Shown: positions 36,024 through 46,265 of the stretch, piece after piece
How positions within the stretch are numbered: position 1 is the first letter of the stretch
Layout: each line of letters starts with the position of its first letter
Assembly (NCBI GenBank): GCA_038060895.1
Contig: JBBTCT010000010.1
Coordinates: 1-56,722 of the forward strand
Source of the DNA: Planctomycetota bacterium
GTDB taxonomy: Bacteria > Planctomycetota > MHYJ01 > WSZJ01
DNA length: 56,722 nucleotides
Direction of reading: 5' to 3'
Program-made: the position numbers and the translations under genes
The notes under the pieces: model-generated
The model's database searches: none
Seen by the model: only the letters and a program-made list of their open reading frames with translations
What the model was told of the DNA's origin: nothing

Positions 36024-38141
36024 ATGTCCAGCGGCTCCAATCCTTCGCACTCCCCTCTTCCATCTGACCCCGGCCGGCGCGCGGCCTTCGAACTCCACGC
36101 GCCCTACGAACCGGCCGGGGACCAGCCTGAAGCCATCGAGAAGCTGATGGCCGGGCTCGAAGCGGGGCGCGCGGCGCAGACGCTTCTCGGCGTCACCGGC
36201 AGCGGCAAGACGTACACGATGGCGAACGTGATCGCGCGGTGGGGGCAGCCGACGCTGGTGATTTCGCACAACAAGACGCTGGCGGCGCAGCTCTACTCGG
36301 AATTCAAGGAGTTCTTCCCGAAGAACGCAGTGCACTACTTCGTGTCGTACTACGACTACTACCAGCCCGAGGCGTACATCCCGCAGAAGGACATCTACAT
36401 CGAGAAGGACGCGGACATCAACGAGGACATCGACCGCCTTCGGCTGGCGGCGACGTCCGCGCTGCTCTCCCGGGACGACGTCGTCGTGGTCGCGTCCGTG
36501 TCGTGCATCTACGGCCTGGGCACGCCCGCCGATTACAGGTCGATGGTCATCCCCATCCGCTCCGGCCACGACATCCCGCGTGACAACCTGCTGCGCCGCC
36601 TGATCGAACTCCAGTACGAGCGCAATGACGTCGCGCTGACGCGCGGGAAGTTCCGCGTGAAGGGCGACGTCGTGGAGATTTACCCCGCCTACGCGGAGAC
36701 GGCGCTTCGCATCCGGCTTTTCGGCGACACGGTCGAAAAAATCACGGAGATCAACCCGGTAACGGGCTCCGACCTGTTCCTCTTCGACGATTACTCCGTC
36801 TACCCCGCGAAGCATTTCGTCACGCCGCAGGACAAGATGGTGGCGGCGATCGAGCACATTCACGAAGAGCTGACCGGGCGGCTTGCGGAGCTTCGGGGGG
36901 AGGGAAAGCTGCTGGAAGCGCAGCGGCTGGAGGCGCGGACGAAATACGACCTGGAGCTGCTTCAGGAAGTTGGCTACTGCAACGGGATCGAGAACTATTC
37001 GCGGCATCTATCCGGCCGCAAACCCGGCGAGCGGCCGTCGTGCCTGATCGACTACTTCCCGAAGGGGTTCCTGACGATCGTGGACGAATCTCACGTCAGC
37101 GCGCCGCAGATCCAGGGGATGTACAACGGCGACCGGGCGCGCAAGGAGACTCTGGTCGCGCACGGTTTCCGCCTTCCGTCGGCGCTCGACAACCGGCCGC
37201 TGAAGTTCGCGGAGTGGGAATCCGTTGTCGGGCAGACGGTCTTCGTCAGCGCGACGCCGGCGCCGTACGAGCTGAAGCGATCCGGCGGCGTGCCGGTGGA
37301 GCAGATCATCCGGCCGACGGGACTCGTCGACCCGGGGATCGTGGTGCGTCCCGCTCAGGGGCAGGTCCCGGATCTCATCCGGGAAATCAAGGACCGCGCG
37401 CATAAATCGGAGCGCGCCCTGGTGACGACGCTCACAAAGCGGCTCGCGGAGGACCTGTCCGAGTATCTCGAGGAAGAAGGCGTGAAGTCCAAGTACCTCC
37501 ATTCAGAAATCCAGACGTTTGAACGCGTCCAGATCCTCAGGTCGCTCCGGGAAGGCAAATTCGACTGCATCGTGGGCGTGAACCTGCTCCGCGAGGGGCT
37601 CGATCTCCCCGAAGTCACTCTCGTCGCGATCCTCGACGCCGACAAGGAAGGCTTCCTCCGCAGCGAGACCTCGATCATCCAGACGATCGGCCGCGCCGCG
37701 CGAAACGTGGAGGGAAAGGTCATCCTCTACGCCGACAAGATGACCGAGTCGCTGAACCGCGCGATCAGCGAGTCCAGCCGCCGCCGCGAGATCCAGATCG
37801 CCTACAACGTGACGCACGGCATCACGCCGCGCACGATCAAGAAGGCGATTCAGCAGGGCATCGAAGGGGAAATCCGCGCGAAGTCCATGGCGCGGGCGCT
37901 CGTCGGCCTGACGGAAAAGGAATACGAAACGGGCGAAGCCATCCTCGACCTCGAGAAGGAGATGCTCGCCGCCGCCGACCGGCTCGAATTCGAGAAGGCG
38001 GCGGAGCTCCGCGACGCGATCCGCCACCTGCATGCCCGGGCCGGGAAAATGCGGGATTCAGGAGCGACGGACGTGGAAGCGGTGAGCGCCCCGAAGAAAG
38101 GAAGGAAGGCGCCGCCGGCGCCGAAACGGCGCGGAAGGTGA
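36024..38141 (+). CDS. uvrB: Excinuclease ABC subunit B
   Basis: [33 protein letters not shown]-terminal UVR domain. Confidence 0.98.
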   Translation: MSSGSNPSHSPLPSDPGRRAAFELHAPYEPAGDQPEAIEKLMAGLEAGRAAQTLLGVTGSGKTYTMANVIARWGQPTLVISHNKTLAAQLYSEFKEFFPKNAVHYFVSYYDYYQPEAYIPQKDIYIEKDADINEDIDRLRLAATSALLSRDDVVVVASVSCIYGLGTPADYRSMVIPIRSGHDIPRDNLLRRLIELQYERNDVALTRGKFRVKGDVVEIYPAYAETALRIRLFGDTVEKITEINPVTGSDLFLFDDYSVYPAKHFVTPQDKMVAAIEHIHEELTGRLAELRGEGKLLEAQRLEARTKYDLELLQEVGYCNGIENYSRHLSGRKPGERPSCLIDYFPKGFLTIVDESHVSAPQIQGMYNGDRARKETLVAHGFRLPSALDNRPLKFAEWESVVGQTVFVSATPAPYELKRSGGVPVEQIIRPTGLVDPGIVVRPAQGQVPDLIREIKDRAHKSERALVTTLTKRLAEDLSEYLEEEGVKSKYLHSEIQTFERVQILRSLREGKFDCIVGVNLLREGLDLPEVTLVAILDADKEGFLRSETSIIQTIGRAARNVEGKVILYADKMTESLNRAISESSRRREIQIAYNVTHGITPRTIKKAIQQGIEGEIRAKSMARALVGLTEKEYETGEAILDLEKEMLAAADRLEFEKAAELRDAIRHLHARAGKMRDSGATDVEAVSAPKKGRKAPPAPKRRGR

Positions 38142-38164
38142 TCACAGTGCAGAACCGCAGGAAC

Positions 38165-39256
38165 CTACCTGTCCCTGGGTACGGGCGGTGGATTCCCCTG
38201 GTCCCCGTGCTTCGTCCCGCCCGGTTCCCACTCGAGCCCGTCTTCCTCCCCAAGCAGCTCGGCCATCCGCTTCTCAATGATCTTCTCCTTCGCGTCGCGC
38301 CGCTTCTGCATCGTGTCCTTCAGCCGCTCCAGTTCCTCCTGCAGCCGCTTCAGCTCGAGCTCACGGTCCGCCTCGCGCAGGTCGAACAGCTTTCCGAGAA
38401 CCTCCTTCAGCTCTTCTCTCTCCGCTTTCATCTCCTGGTTCTCCCCGGCGCCGCGAACTTTCTCCGCCAGCTCCGTCGCCCTGTAGTCGAGCTTGCGCTG
38501 CTCGACCCGTCGCTCGTAACGCTTCGTATCGTTCTGCTTGATCGCGAGCAGGTCCCGGATCTCGAAGGCGACCTGGTTCACGGCGCGCTCGTATTCCTCG
38601 GCGTGCTGCTTCTTCAGGTCGTTGAGCCGCAGAAGCCGGACCGGCTCGTTCGCGCCGATCCAGGCCAGCGCCTTCGAAATGTCCTCGGCCGTCAGCGTCA
38701 CGCCCCTCATCGGACGCGGCCCGCCCGGGCCCATTCCGTCCGGACCCATCGGCGGCTCGCCAGGACGCCCCGGCCCCCCGGGCATCCGGCTCTCCATTTC
38801 GCGAAGCTCCGCGCGCAGCGCATCGGCATCCGCGGTCAGACGACGAGCCTCTTCCGCCTTGCCCGCCGCATCAAGCGCCCGGACCTTGCTCTCAAGCTCC
38901 TCCAGTTTCGCTCTCACTTCCCGAATCCGCGGGTCGCCCCTCATCGGGCCTTCCCCAGGACCCATCTGCTTCAGCTTCGCCTCCACCACGCCACGCTCCG
39001 CCTGCAGCTTCTTCGACTCTGCCCGCAGCTTCGCTTCCTCTTCGTCCGACATCGATTCGTCGGAGAAGCGCTTTTCGATCTTCGCTAGTTTTTCGTCGAG
39101 CATGCGCATCTGGTCGTGAAGGCGCATGCGGTCCTCGTCGCCGGGGCCGCCGCCGCGCGGCGGACGGCCGGGCTCGCCCGGGGGCTGGGGTGGATTCTGC
39201 GCGAAGGAAATCGAAGCGAGGGCGGCGAGGAGGGCAAGCGTTGCGAAGCGGGTCAT
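38165..39256 (-). CDS. Secreted coiled-coil protein (third gene of the ECF sigma operon)
   Basis: Signal peptide; charged heptads with Gly/Pro/Met-rich linkers. Confidence 0.75.
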   Translation of the reverse strand: MTRFATLALLAALASISFAQNPPQPPGEPGRPPRGGGPGDEDRMRLHDQMRMLDEKLAKIEKRFSDESMSDEEEAKLRAESKKLQAERGVVEAKLKQMGPGEGPMRGDPRIREVRAKLEELESKVRALDAAGKAEEARRLTADADALRAELREMESRMPGGPGRPGEPPMGPDGMGPGGPRPMRGVTLTAEDISKALAWIGANEPVRLLRLNDLKKQHAEEYERAVNQVAFEIRDLLAIKQNDTKRYERRVEQRKLDYRATELAEKVRGAGENQEMKAEREELKEVLGKLFDLREADRELELKRLQEELERLKDTMQKRRDAKEKIIEKRMAELLGEEDGLEWEPGGTKHGDQGNPPPVPRDR

Positions 39257-39274
39257 GGCGGGCCTTTCTGAGGG

Positions 39275-39907
39275 TCAGAACTTGTCAGGGGAAGCGGTGA
39301 TCTGTTCCAGGGTGTCGTAGATCGAATCGACAGCGTTGGAATTCTGGCCGTACCAGACCGCGCTCGGGTCCGGTTTTGCCGCTACGGTCGCGCGGCTGCC
39401 GCCGAGGTCCTTGAAGTCCTCGGCGAGGCTGTCAACGTCTTCGTCTGCAAAGGACGTGGAAAGAGAAGCGGCGCTGACGGGCTTCCGCACCTTCTTGACG
39501 GGTTGATGAGTCGCGACTTTTGTAGTTTCGGTGGGCTGGGGGTTGTCGCCGCGGGCCACGGTCGCCGGCTTCGTTGCGTCCCACGCTCCCAGCTTCCAGG
39601 CCAGCGCGGTTGCCGTGACCGCCATGAGCGCGGCCGCCGCGATCGCCCATCCGCGCACCGACCGCGGCGCCGGACGCGGCGCTTCGCGCAGCAGCATCGA
39701 ACCGATCTGCTCCCGCGCTTCACGCGAAGGCGCCTCGCGCGGCATGTGCTTCAGCAGTTCCAGCCCTTCGTGAAGCGCGCGGATCTCGCTCGCGCACGCC
39801 GGGCACTTCGCGGAGTGCTCCCGCACCGAGGCCGCTTCGGCCTCGCCGGCCTCGCCGCATGCGGCGAGCAACGCCAGGTTCCTGATGTCTTCGCAGCTCA
39901 CGGTCAC
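39275..39907 (-). CDS. Zinc-binding (ZAS/zf-HC2) transmembrane anti-sigma factor
   Basis: SCEDIR...HSAKCPAC (HxxxCxxC), then a TM helix; GTG overlaps the sigma stop. Confidence 0.85.
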   Translation of the reverse strand: MTVSCEDIRNLALLAACGEAGEAEAASVREHSAKCPACASEIRALHEGLELLKHMPREAPSREAREQIGSMLLREAPRPAPRSVRGWAIAAAALMAVTATALAWKLGAWDATKPATVARGDNPQPTETTKVATHQPVKKVRKPVSAASLSTSFADEDVDSLAEDFKDLGGSRATVAAKPDPSAVWYGQNSNAVDSIYDTLEQITASPDKF

Positions 39908-40449
39908 TCCTCCACCACGACGCCGGACAGCGTCTTTTTCAGATTCAACAGCGCGTATCTCATTCTCCCGAGCGCCGTGTTCAACGGGCACCCGGTCACT
40001 TTCGCGATCTCCTTGAACGACAACCCGCCGTACATCCTCAGCGACACGACTTCCCGCTGCTCCTGCGGAAGCCCGGCCAGCGCTTCCTGCAGATGCCCCG
40101 TCAGAATCCCGCGGTCAACCCGGTCTTCCGCCGACTCTTCCGTCCCCGGCACCGAATCTCCCGGCCGTTCTTCGCCGTCCAGGCTGGCCATCTTTCTTTC
40201 CCGAAGCAGGTCCATCGCGCAATTCCTCGCGATTGCGAAGAGCCAGCCTTCGAAGGACCCGGTCGGCCGCCAGTCCGGGAGGGCCCGAAGGGCGCGCAGC
40301 ATGGTGTCCTGCAGCGCGTCCTCCGCGCGAACCCGGTCACCCATCATCCTGCAGAGGTAGCCCATCAGCGGCCCCTGGACCTGGTCAACCATCCTGGCCA
40401 GGGCCGCCGGGTCGCCTCGCTGACACTGCCGGACGAAATCCAGGTCCAT
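39904..40449 (-). CDS. ECF RNA polymerase sigma factor
   Basis: C-terminal part of the listed 514-aa ORF; AEDALQDT, FEGWLFAIARN, LPQEQREVVSL, SFKEIA, ALGRMRYAL; start at MDLDF. Confidence 0.92.
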   Translation of the reverse strand: MDLDFVRQCQRGDPAALARMVDQVQGPLMGYLCRMMGDRVRAEDALQDTMLRALRALPDWRPTGSFEGWLFAIARNCAMDLLRERKMASLDGEERPGDSVPGTEESAEDRVDRGILTGHLQEALAGLPQEQREVVSLRMYGGLSFKEIAKVTGCPLNTALGRMRYALLNLKKTLSGVVVEE

Positions 40450-40617
40450 CGCGGCTCCTGCATGGTTAACGGGCAACGCGGCGGAATATTGTATGGGAAA
40501 TGTTGTCCGCCGCTCCCTCGCCTTCGCCCATCCGCTCCCCCAGGACATTATTTGGGAAACCCCCGCGCCAGCCGGGGTTGTATAAAGAACAGACCCAAAC
40601 CCGCCAGGAGCCCTCTC

Positions 40618-41433
40618 ATGCGCCGAACTCTCCCCGTTGCAGCCCTTCTCGCCGCCGGGGCACTCCTCGGCCGCCTTCCCTTTCCCCTGACCTCCGCCGA
40701 AGACCCGCCGAAGCCCGAGACCGAGACTCACGATTGCCCCTTCTGCCACCAGGAGGTCGAGATTCCCAATACTCCCGCAGGCGCCTTCATGAAGGTCAAA
40801 ATCGGCGTCGCGACGGAGGACGTCGGGCTGCTCAAGGCGAATCTCCTCGGCTTCGAGGGCGCCACCACGCGCGACGCCGGCACGGCGCTTCGCACCCTCA
40901 CCGCGCAGCTCGTGAAGGTCGATGAAGACGGCGATACGGCCGTCCTTGTCCTCCAGATGGGAACCGGCCTCGTGGACCTTCCCTGCGTCAGGGAGCAGGG
41001 ACATTGGAAGGTTGACATCCGGGTCTATCGCGACCAGCAGGTTGCGGGAGCCAGCCGCGCCGTGCTGGTGGAAGTCGGCGCCCGGATCAAGCGGTACTTC
41101 GAACAGCGCGGCAGCGCGCCACGCAGCGGCGAAAACCTTTGGACCGACCTCAAGGACGCCGGCCTTCTGGAGCCTCGCTTCCTCAATACACCCCGGGACG
41201 CCGAGCGCATCTCTCCGGAAGAATTCGACCGCGGGGAGTGGGGGAAATGCGGTTTCCGGGTGACCCGTGACGCCATTGAAACGGACCTCCCACCGGGCAA
41301 ACCGCTGGTCTGGGAAAAGTCTCCCCGCGCAGGGAAACGCCTCGTCCTCTACGCTTCCGGCCTGGTCGTCGAGCTCGAATCCGGTCCCTTCGACCTGGCC
41401 ATCGAAAAATACGAGGGGAACCCGGGCAAATAG
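40618..41433 (+). CDS. Secreted hypothetical protein with one CxxCH and a pilin-head-like C-terminal half
   Basis: Start at MRRTLP with AGGAG upstream; CPFCH; PLVWEK...RLVLYASGLV. Confidence 0.65.
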   Translation: MRRTLPVAALLAAGALLGRLPFPLTSAEDPPKPETETHDCPFCHQEVEIPNTPAGAFMKVKIGVATEDVGLLKANLLGFEGATTRDAGTALRTLTAQLVKVDEDGDTAVLVLQMGTGLVDLPCVREQGHWKVDIRVYRDQQVAGASRAVLVEVGARIKRYFEQRGSAPRSGENLWTDLKDAGLLEPRFLNTPRDAERISPEEFDRGEWGKCGFRVTRDAIETDLPPGKPLVWEKSPRAGKRLVLYASGLVVELESGPFDLAIEKYEGNPGK

Positions 41434-41436
41434 GTT

Positions 41437-41466
41437 TTGACTCGCCACCGCCCTACGCCCTAGACT
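41437..41466 (+). promoter_or_regulatory. Sigma70-like promoter TTGACT-N18-TAGACT
   Basis: Motif upstream of the 41520 ORF, which has an AGGAGG RBS. Confidence 0.45.
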
Positions 41467-41519
41467 TCCGGCTCATTGAAGCGGGGGACGTCTTCCGAGT
41501 CCGGCTACAGGAGGAACGC

Positions 41520-41888
41520 ATGCTGAAGGTTTGCCGCGTCGCGCTCGTCGCCATGGCATTGCTGTCCACGACCCTGATGACGGCCCCGGTGCAGGCCGGG
41601 ATGGTCACAACCCCGAAGGCACCCGCCACGTCGCAGGCGGATGTCGAAGTGGCAATCCTGAAAGCGGCTGCGGAGCGGGCGGGCATGTCGGGTTCGCAGG
41701 TCGCCGCCGCGGCGATGCTTCTGAAGGCCGAGACGCGGACGATGGTGGTCGCGCACATGATGGCGATGGAGAACGCCGGAAACGCCCTGGGCATCGTCGC
41801 GATTGCGGCGGGCGTGGTCGTCGCGGGCGTCATCGTTCTTTCCGAACTGCTCTGGGACCACGGGTACCTGACGAGCTATAACCCGTAA
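41520..41888 (+). CDS. PA2779-like secreted small protein (paralogue of 43147-43497)
   Basis: Signal peptide ending PVQA-GMVTTPK; AG followed by a hydrophobic C-terminal helix. Confidence 0.7.
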   Translation: MLKVCRVALVAMALLSTTLMTAPVQAGMVTTPKAPATSQADVEVAILKAAAERAGMSGSQVAAAAMLLKAETRTMVVAHMMAMENAGNALGIVAIAAGVVVAGVIVLSELLWDHGYLTSYNP

Positions 41889-41908
41889 AAGCTCTTCTTG
41901 AGATTGCC

Positions 41909-41940
41909 AAGGCCCGGCCTCGCGCCGGGCCTTTTTTTTT
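41909..41940 (+). terminator. Intrinsic terminator between convergent genes
   Basis: Stem AAGGCCCGGC/GCCGGGCCTT plus a T9 run. Confidence 0.85.
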
Positions 41941-41955
41941 GAAGCGCCTATGTGG

Positions 41956-43146
41956 TCAGGGCTTCTTCAGCAGTTCCCTGAGTTCCGCGAGCGCCACGGC
42001 ATCCACCCCGTCCTGCTCCGCCCGCGCCATGAGTTCCGCCGCCGCGGCCCGCTCCCCTGCCGCGATCGCCGCGCGCGTCGCCTGCACCAGGAACGGTCCC
42101 CGCTTCTCCCGCTCCGCTTCGCCGCACGCATCCGCGGCGCGCTTCCAGGAGTCCATCGCGTCTCGCGGTCGGCCGAGGCGCATCGCAACGGTCCCCTGGG
42201 TGTCGAGCGCCGAGAACCATGGCTCCGACCGGCGGACGCACTGCGCCTCCGCCGCCTTCGCAAATCCCCACGCTTCCCCGGGCTTGCCGAGCTTTTCGGA
42301 GAGCACGAATGCAAGGTTGTTCGCGCAGGAGCCGCCCGCGTGCGCGCCGCGGCGGTAGGCATTCACCGCTTCCCCGACATTGTCCTCCTTGAAGAAATAC
42401 AGGTTGCCCAGCGCGAGGGCCGCATCGACCCGGCGGCTGTCGAGGTCCACGGCGCGGCGGTACTCGATTTTGGCGAGCTTGAAGAGCTCCCGCTGTTCGT
42501 AGTCGAGTCCGATCAGGTAGTGGGTGCGCGCATCGACCCAGTCGATGGGAAATGGCGGCTCTTCGAGGCGAGAGAGGTAGTCCTTTTCATCGTAGGGGAT
42601 GGCTGAGACGTCGGGGGCGATGAAGAGCGTGTAGCGGTGCGTGCGGTTCCAGATTTTGTCGAATTCGGATTTCTTGAAAAGACGGACGGCGTGGTCGTAA
42701 TCGGCGCAGACGATTTCGCCCGGGGGCGCGCCGATGACGAGGTAAAAGTGGAACGTGAGAGGGGCGAGCTGGACCATCGTGACGGCGGGGATTCCCGCTT
42801 CGAGCGCGGCGGCGAGGGTGGCATCGGGGCAGCCGGGGGCCGCAAGCGTCCTGAGGCCGTATCTCCCCGCCCAGGCCGCGAGCGCGAGGGGCATCGTGCC
42901 GCCCTTCGTTTTCTCGCAGATCCCGTCGGAAATTTCCTGCACATCGGCCGGCTTCCCGTAGAGCGCAAGAACCGCCGAGAGAACTTCAGGTCCGCAGTCG
43001 AGGAAACCGCCCTGCGGAAGCGTCGCGGGGACGCGGACCATTCCCGGCGGCGGGTTGGACACATACTCGCCAGGTGCGCCGCACCCCGAAAAAAAAAGGG
43101 GCACGGCCAGAGCGGCCATGCCCCCGATGATTCGCAGAACGCTCAC
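41956..43146 (-). CDS. C39-like cysteine peptidase with TPR repeats, lipoprotein (PA2778-like)
   Basis: Lipobox FSG-C; DCGPEVL (catalytic Cys), FHFYLVIG (His), F.K.W; TPR with NNLAFVL and LDTQG. Confidence 0.82.
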   Translation of the reverse strand: MSVLRIIGGMAALAVPLFFSGCGAPGEYVSNPPPGMVRVPATLPQGGFLDCGPEVLSAVLALYGKPADVQEISDGICEKTKGGTMPLALAAWAGRYGLRTLAAPGCPDATLAAALEAGIPAVTMVQLAPLTFHFYLVIGAPPGEIVCADYDHAVRLFKKSEFDKIWNRTHRYTLFIAPDVSAIPYDEKDYLSRLEEPPFPIDWVDARTHYLIGLDYEQRELFKLAKIEYRRAVDLDSRRVDAALALGNLYFFKEDNVGEAVNAYRRGAHAGGSCANNLAFVLSEKLGKPGEAWGFAKAAEAQCVRRSEPWFSALDTQGTVAMRLGRPRDAMDSWKRAADACGEAEREKRGPFLVQATRAAIAAGERAAAAELMARAEQDGVDAVALAELRELLKKP

Positions 43147-43497
43147 TTACTTTTCCGGGTAGAACGTCTCAAACAGGATGAACGTTACGACCACCGCGAC
43201 CGCAGCGGCGATGCCCACGGCCAGGGCGATCGAGCCCGCGCTCCGCGCCGACTCGAAATGGCCGGCGAGCACGACAAGATCCTGCGTGGACATCCGCTCC
43301 AGCCTGTCGTCGATTCCGGCCGGAAGAGGCCCGGTCTCGGAGAGCCGGTACTTCAACAGCTCCTTCGCGGCCTCGCGCTGAGCGCTGTCCGGCGCCGGCT
43401 TGGGCGTGGGAACCATCCCCGCGGAAGCAGGCGTGGCGAACATGATCGAAGTCACGGTCGCAAGAGCGATGAGCGCGAACCGAAGGGCCTTGAGCAT
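43147..43497 (-). CDS. PA2779-like secreted small protein
   Basis: PASA-GMVPTPK; RLERMSTQDLVVLA...SAG plus a hydrophobic tail; directly upstream of the C39-TPR gene. Confidence 0.75.
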   Translation of the reverse strand: MLKALRFALIALATVTSIMFATPASAGMVPTPKPAPDSAQREAAKELLKYRLSETGPLPAGIDDRLERMSTQDLVVLAGHFESARSAGSIALAVGIAAAVAVVVTFILFETFYPEK

Positions 43498-43589
43498 ACT
43501 TTTCCTCCGAGTCGAACTGAAGGGAACCCCCGCCAACGTGGCGCGAATTATAGGGATGGGGGGCGTGAGGGCAAAGAGAAATGATGGGG

Positions 43590-46265
43590 CTACCCCCCCT
43601 TCAACTCCCCCCAGTTGTCCCCCACCGCCACGTCCACCTTCAGGGGAACACTGAGGTCCATCGCCTTCTCCATTCCCTCGACGACGATCGCCAGGAGCCG
43701 CTTCACCTCCGGCTCGGGCGCCTCAAATACAAGTTCGTCATGGACCTGGAGCAGCATCCGGGCCTTCAGGCCGCTTTCCCGGAGCGCCCGGTCCACCCGT
43801 ATCATCGCCACCTTGATGAGGTCGGCGGCGCTTCCCTGCACCGGCGCATTGACCGCCATTCGTTCTGCGGCGGAGCGCAGGTTTCCGTCGGAGGCATTGA
43901 TGTCCGGAAGCGGCCGGCGGCGGCCGAGAAGGGTGCGGACGTAGCCGGTCTTGCGGGTTTCCTCCAGGGTGCGGTCGAGGAATTCCCGAACTCCGGCGTA
44001 ACGGCGGAAGTAGGCCTCGATGTACCGGGCCGCGGAGCCGCGGTCGATGCCGAGCGACTGCGCGAGGCCGTTCGCCCCCATCCCGTAGATGACGCCGAAA
44101 TTCACGACCTTGGCGTGCGCGCGCTGGTCCCTGGTGACGGCCTCCTCAGGGACGCCGAAGACCTCCGCGGCCGTGCGGGCGTGGACATCTTTTCCGTTCC
44201 GGTACGCATCCACGAGGGCCGCGTCCCCCGAAACATGCGCCAGCAACCGGAGCTCGATCTGCGAGTAGTCCGCGCTGACCAGCTTCCACCCGGGCTCGGT
44301 CACGAATGCCCGCCGGATCCGCCGCCCTTCCTCTGTGCGGATCGGGATGTTCTGGAGATTCGGATCATTCGACGAAAGCCGCCCGGTCGCGGCGACCGCC
44401 TGGGAATAGGTCGTGTGAATCCGGCCTGTCGTGCGGTTGATCGCCGCCGGAAGCGCGTCTACGTAGGTCGATTTCAGCTTCGCGAGCATCCGGAATTCGA
44501 CGATGCGCGCGGGGACCGGATGCTCCGATGCGAGCTTCTCCAGGACGCCGGCATCCGTCGAGAATCCCGTTTTCGTCTTCCGTCCCGGCGTCAATTTCAG
44601 CTTCTCAAAGAGCACATGCTGCAGCTGCCGCGTCGAATCGATGTTGAAGGTCTCCCCCGCCGCTTCGAAAATCGCGTCCCGCACCTTCGCCAGCCGCCGG
44701 TCGAATTCAGCCCCCAGCGTCGCGAGGAACGAGGCGTCGACCAGCACCCCGGTCCGTTCCATGCGGAAGAGGACCTCCAGGAGCGGCATTTCGACGTCGC
44801 GGAAGAGCGGCCCGAGTCCCTCCTTGTCCAGCTTCGCCGGCAGCAGCCTCGCCAGCCGTCCCGCGACGTCCGCCGCTTCGCATCCGGCCGCGGTCGCGCT
44901 CGCCACGTCCACGCCGTCGAACGAGACCGCGCCGCGGCCGCGCCCCGCCAGGTCCGCGGCCGGAGTCATCCGGGCGCCGAGGTGCGAGATCGCCAGCGAC
45001 TCCAGGTCGTTGGCCTTCGCGGGGTCGAGCACGTATTCAGCAAGCATGGGATCACACGAGAGCCCCTTCAATTCGATCCCCATTCGCGAGAAGACCAGGA
45101 GGTCGAATTTTGCGTCGTACGCCGACTTCGGAATCGCGGGGTCCTCCAGCAACGGCTTCAGCACCGCGAGGGACTCGTCGCGCGGCGCCTGCTTCGGCGC
45201 CAGCATCGGGCTGTGCCCGAGGGGAACGTAGACGCCGGTTCCTGGCGCCGTCGAAAAAGCGAGTCCAACCAGCGCGGCGCGCATTCCTTCGCGCGAAGTC
45301 CCCATGATGGAGAACGAAAAACCGCCGGCGGCACGGAGCGCGCGCTCGAGTTCCCGCACGCCCTCAAGCGTTTCCACGGCCCGATACCCGCCTTGCGGAA
45401 GGGCCTGCTCTTCCGCCGGCAATTCCTTGAGCCACCGGGTGAATCCGAATCGCGTGAACAGTGTGCGCAGCGCCGCCTGGTCGGCGGGTTTCACGCGAAG
45501 GTCTTCGAGCGATTCGGAGACCGGCGCGTCGGTCCTTACGGTCACGAGCGTCTTCGATAGCCGCGCGTCGGCCGCGTGGTCGCGAAGCGCCTGCACGATT
45601 TTCGGGCGGCCGGCGAGTTCCGGGTTCGCGAGGAGCGCCTCAACCGTGCCGGCCTTCTGGACGAGGGCGGCCGCGGTTTTCTCGCCGATCCCCGGAACCC
45701 CCGGGACGTTGTCGACCGAGTCCCCCATCAAGGCCAGCAGGTCCACGATCCCCTCGGGCGGAACGCCCCACTTCTCTTTCACTTCCGCAGGACCGCTCAT
45801 CCGGTCCTTCATCGTGTCGAGCACCTTCACCTTCTCCGTCACGACCTGGCAGAGGTCCTTGTCGCCCGAGGCGATGACGACGTCCATCCCGGCCGCCTCC
45901 CCGCGCCGGGCGAGCGTCGCGATCGCGTCGTCCGCCTCGAAGCCCGGCGTCTCCACGAGCGGCGCCCGGAACGCGCGAACGACTTCGCGGATCGGGTCGA
46001 ACTGGGTGACCAGCTCCGGCGGAGTCTCGCTTCGGGTCGCCTTGTACTCGGCGTACATGTCGTCGCGAAACGTCTTCCCGGGCGGATCGAACACCACTCC
46101 GAGATGCGTGGGCTTCAGCTCCCGCACCAGCTTCTGCAGCATCGCGATAAACCCGTAGATCGCCCCGGTCGCTTCGCCGTTCGGGCCGGAGAGGCGAGGC
46201 ATCGCGTGGAAGGCGCGAAAAATAAAATTGGGCGCGTCGACGAGGACGAGAACTTCCCTTGGCAT
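43590..46265 (-). CDS. polA: DNA polymerase I
   Basis: 5'-3' exonuclease (EADDAI, GDSVDNVPGVPGIG), TGRLSS, ADYSQIELR, AKVVNFGVIYG, LQVHDEL. Confidence 0.98.
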   Translation of the reverse strand: MPREVLVLVDAPNFIFRAFHAMPRLSGPNGEATGAIYGFIAMLQKLVRELKPTHLGVVFDPPGKTFRDDMYAEYKATRSETPPELVTQFDPIREVVRAFRAPLVETPGFEADDAIATLARRGEAAGMDVVIASGDKDLCQVVTEKVKVLDTMKDRMSGPAEVKEKWGVPPEGIVDLLALMGDSVDNVPGVPGIGEKTAAALVQKAGTVEALLANPELAGRPKIVQALRDHAADARLSKTLVTVRTDAPVSESLEDLRVKPADQAALRTLFTRFGFTRWLKELPAEEQALPQGGYRAVETLEGVRELERALRAAGGFSFSIMGTSREGMRAALVGLAFSTAPGTGVYVPLGHSPMLAPKQAPRDESLAVLKPLLEDPAIPKSAYDAKFDLLVFSRMGIELKGLSCDPMLAEYVLDPAKANDLESLAISHLGARMTPAADLAGRGRGAVSFDGVDVASATAAGCEAADVAGRLARLLPAKLDKEGLGPLFRDVEMPLLEVLFRMERTGVLVDASFLATLGAEFDRRLAKVRDAIFEAAGETFNIDSTRQLQHVLFEKLKLTPGRKTKTGFSTDAGVLEKLASEHPVPARIVEFRMLAKLKSTYVDALPAAINRTTGRIHTTYSQAVAATGRLSSNDPNLQNIPIRTEEGRRIRRAFVTEPGWKLVSADYSQIELRLLAHVSGDAALVDAYRNGKDVHARTAAEVFGVPEEAVTRDQRAHAKVVNFGVIYGMGANGLAQSLGIDRGSAARYIEAYFRRYAGVREFLDRTLEETRKTGYVRTLLGRRRPLPDINASDGNLRSAAERMAVNAPVQGSAADLIKVAMIRVDRALRESGLKARMLLQVHDELVFEAPEPEVKRLLAIVVEGMEKAMDLSVPLKVDVAVGDNWGELKGG

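Noticed and set aside
39904-41448. 514-aa ORF as a sigma-factor fusion
   Set aside because: The N-terminal part is antisense to the 40618-41433 gene; only the last ~181 aa are sigma-like.
45240-45340. PolA 3'-5' exonuclease motif I lacks acidic residues (FSFSIMGT)
   Set aside because: Real, but inactive proofreading domains are common in bacterial Pol I.
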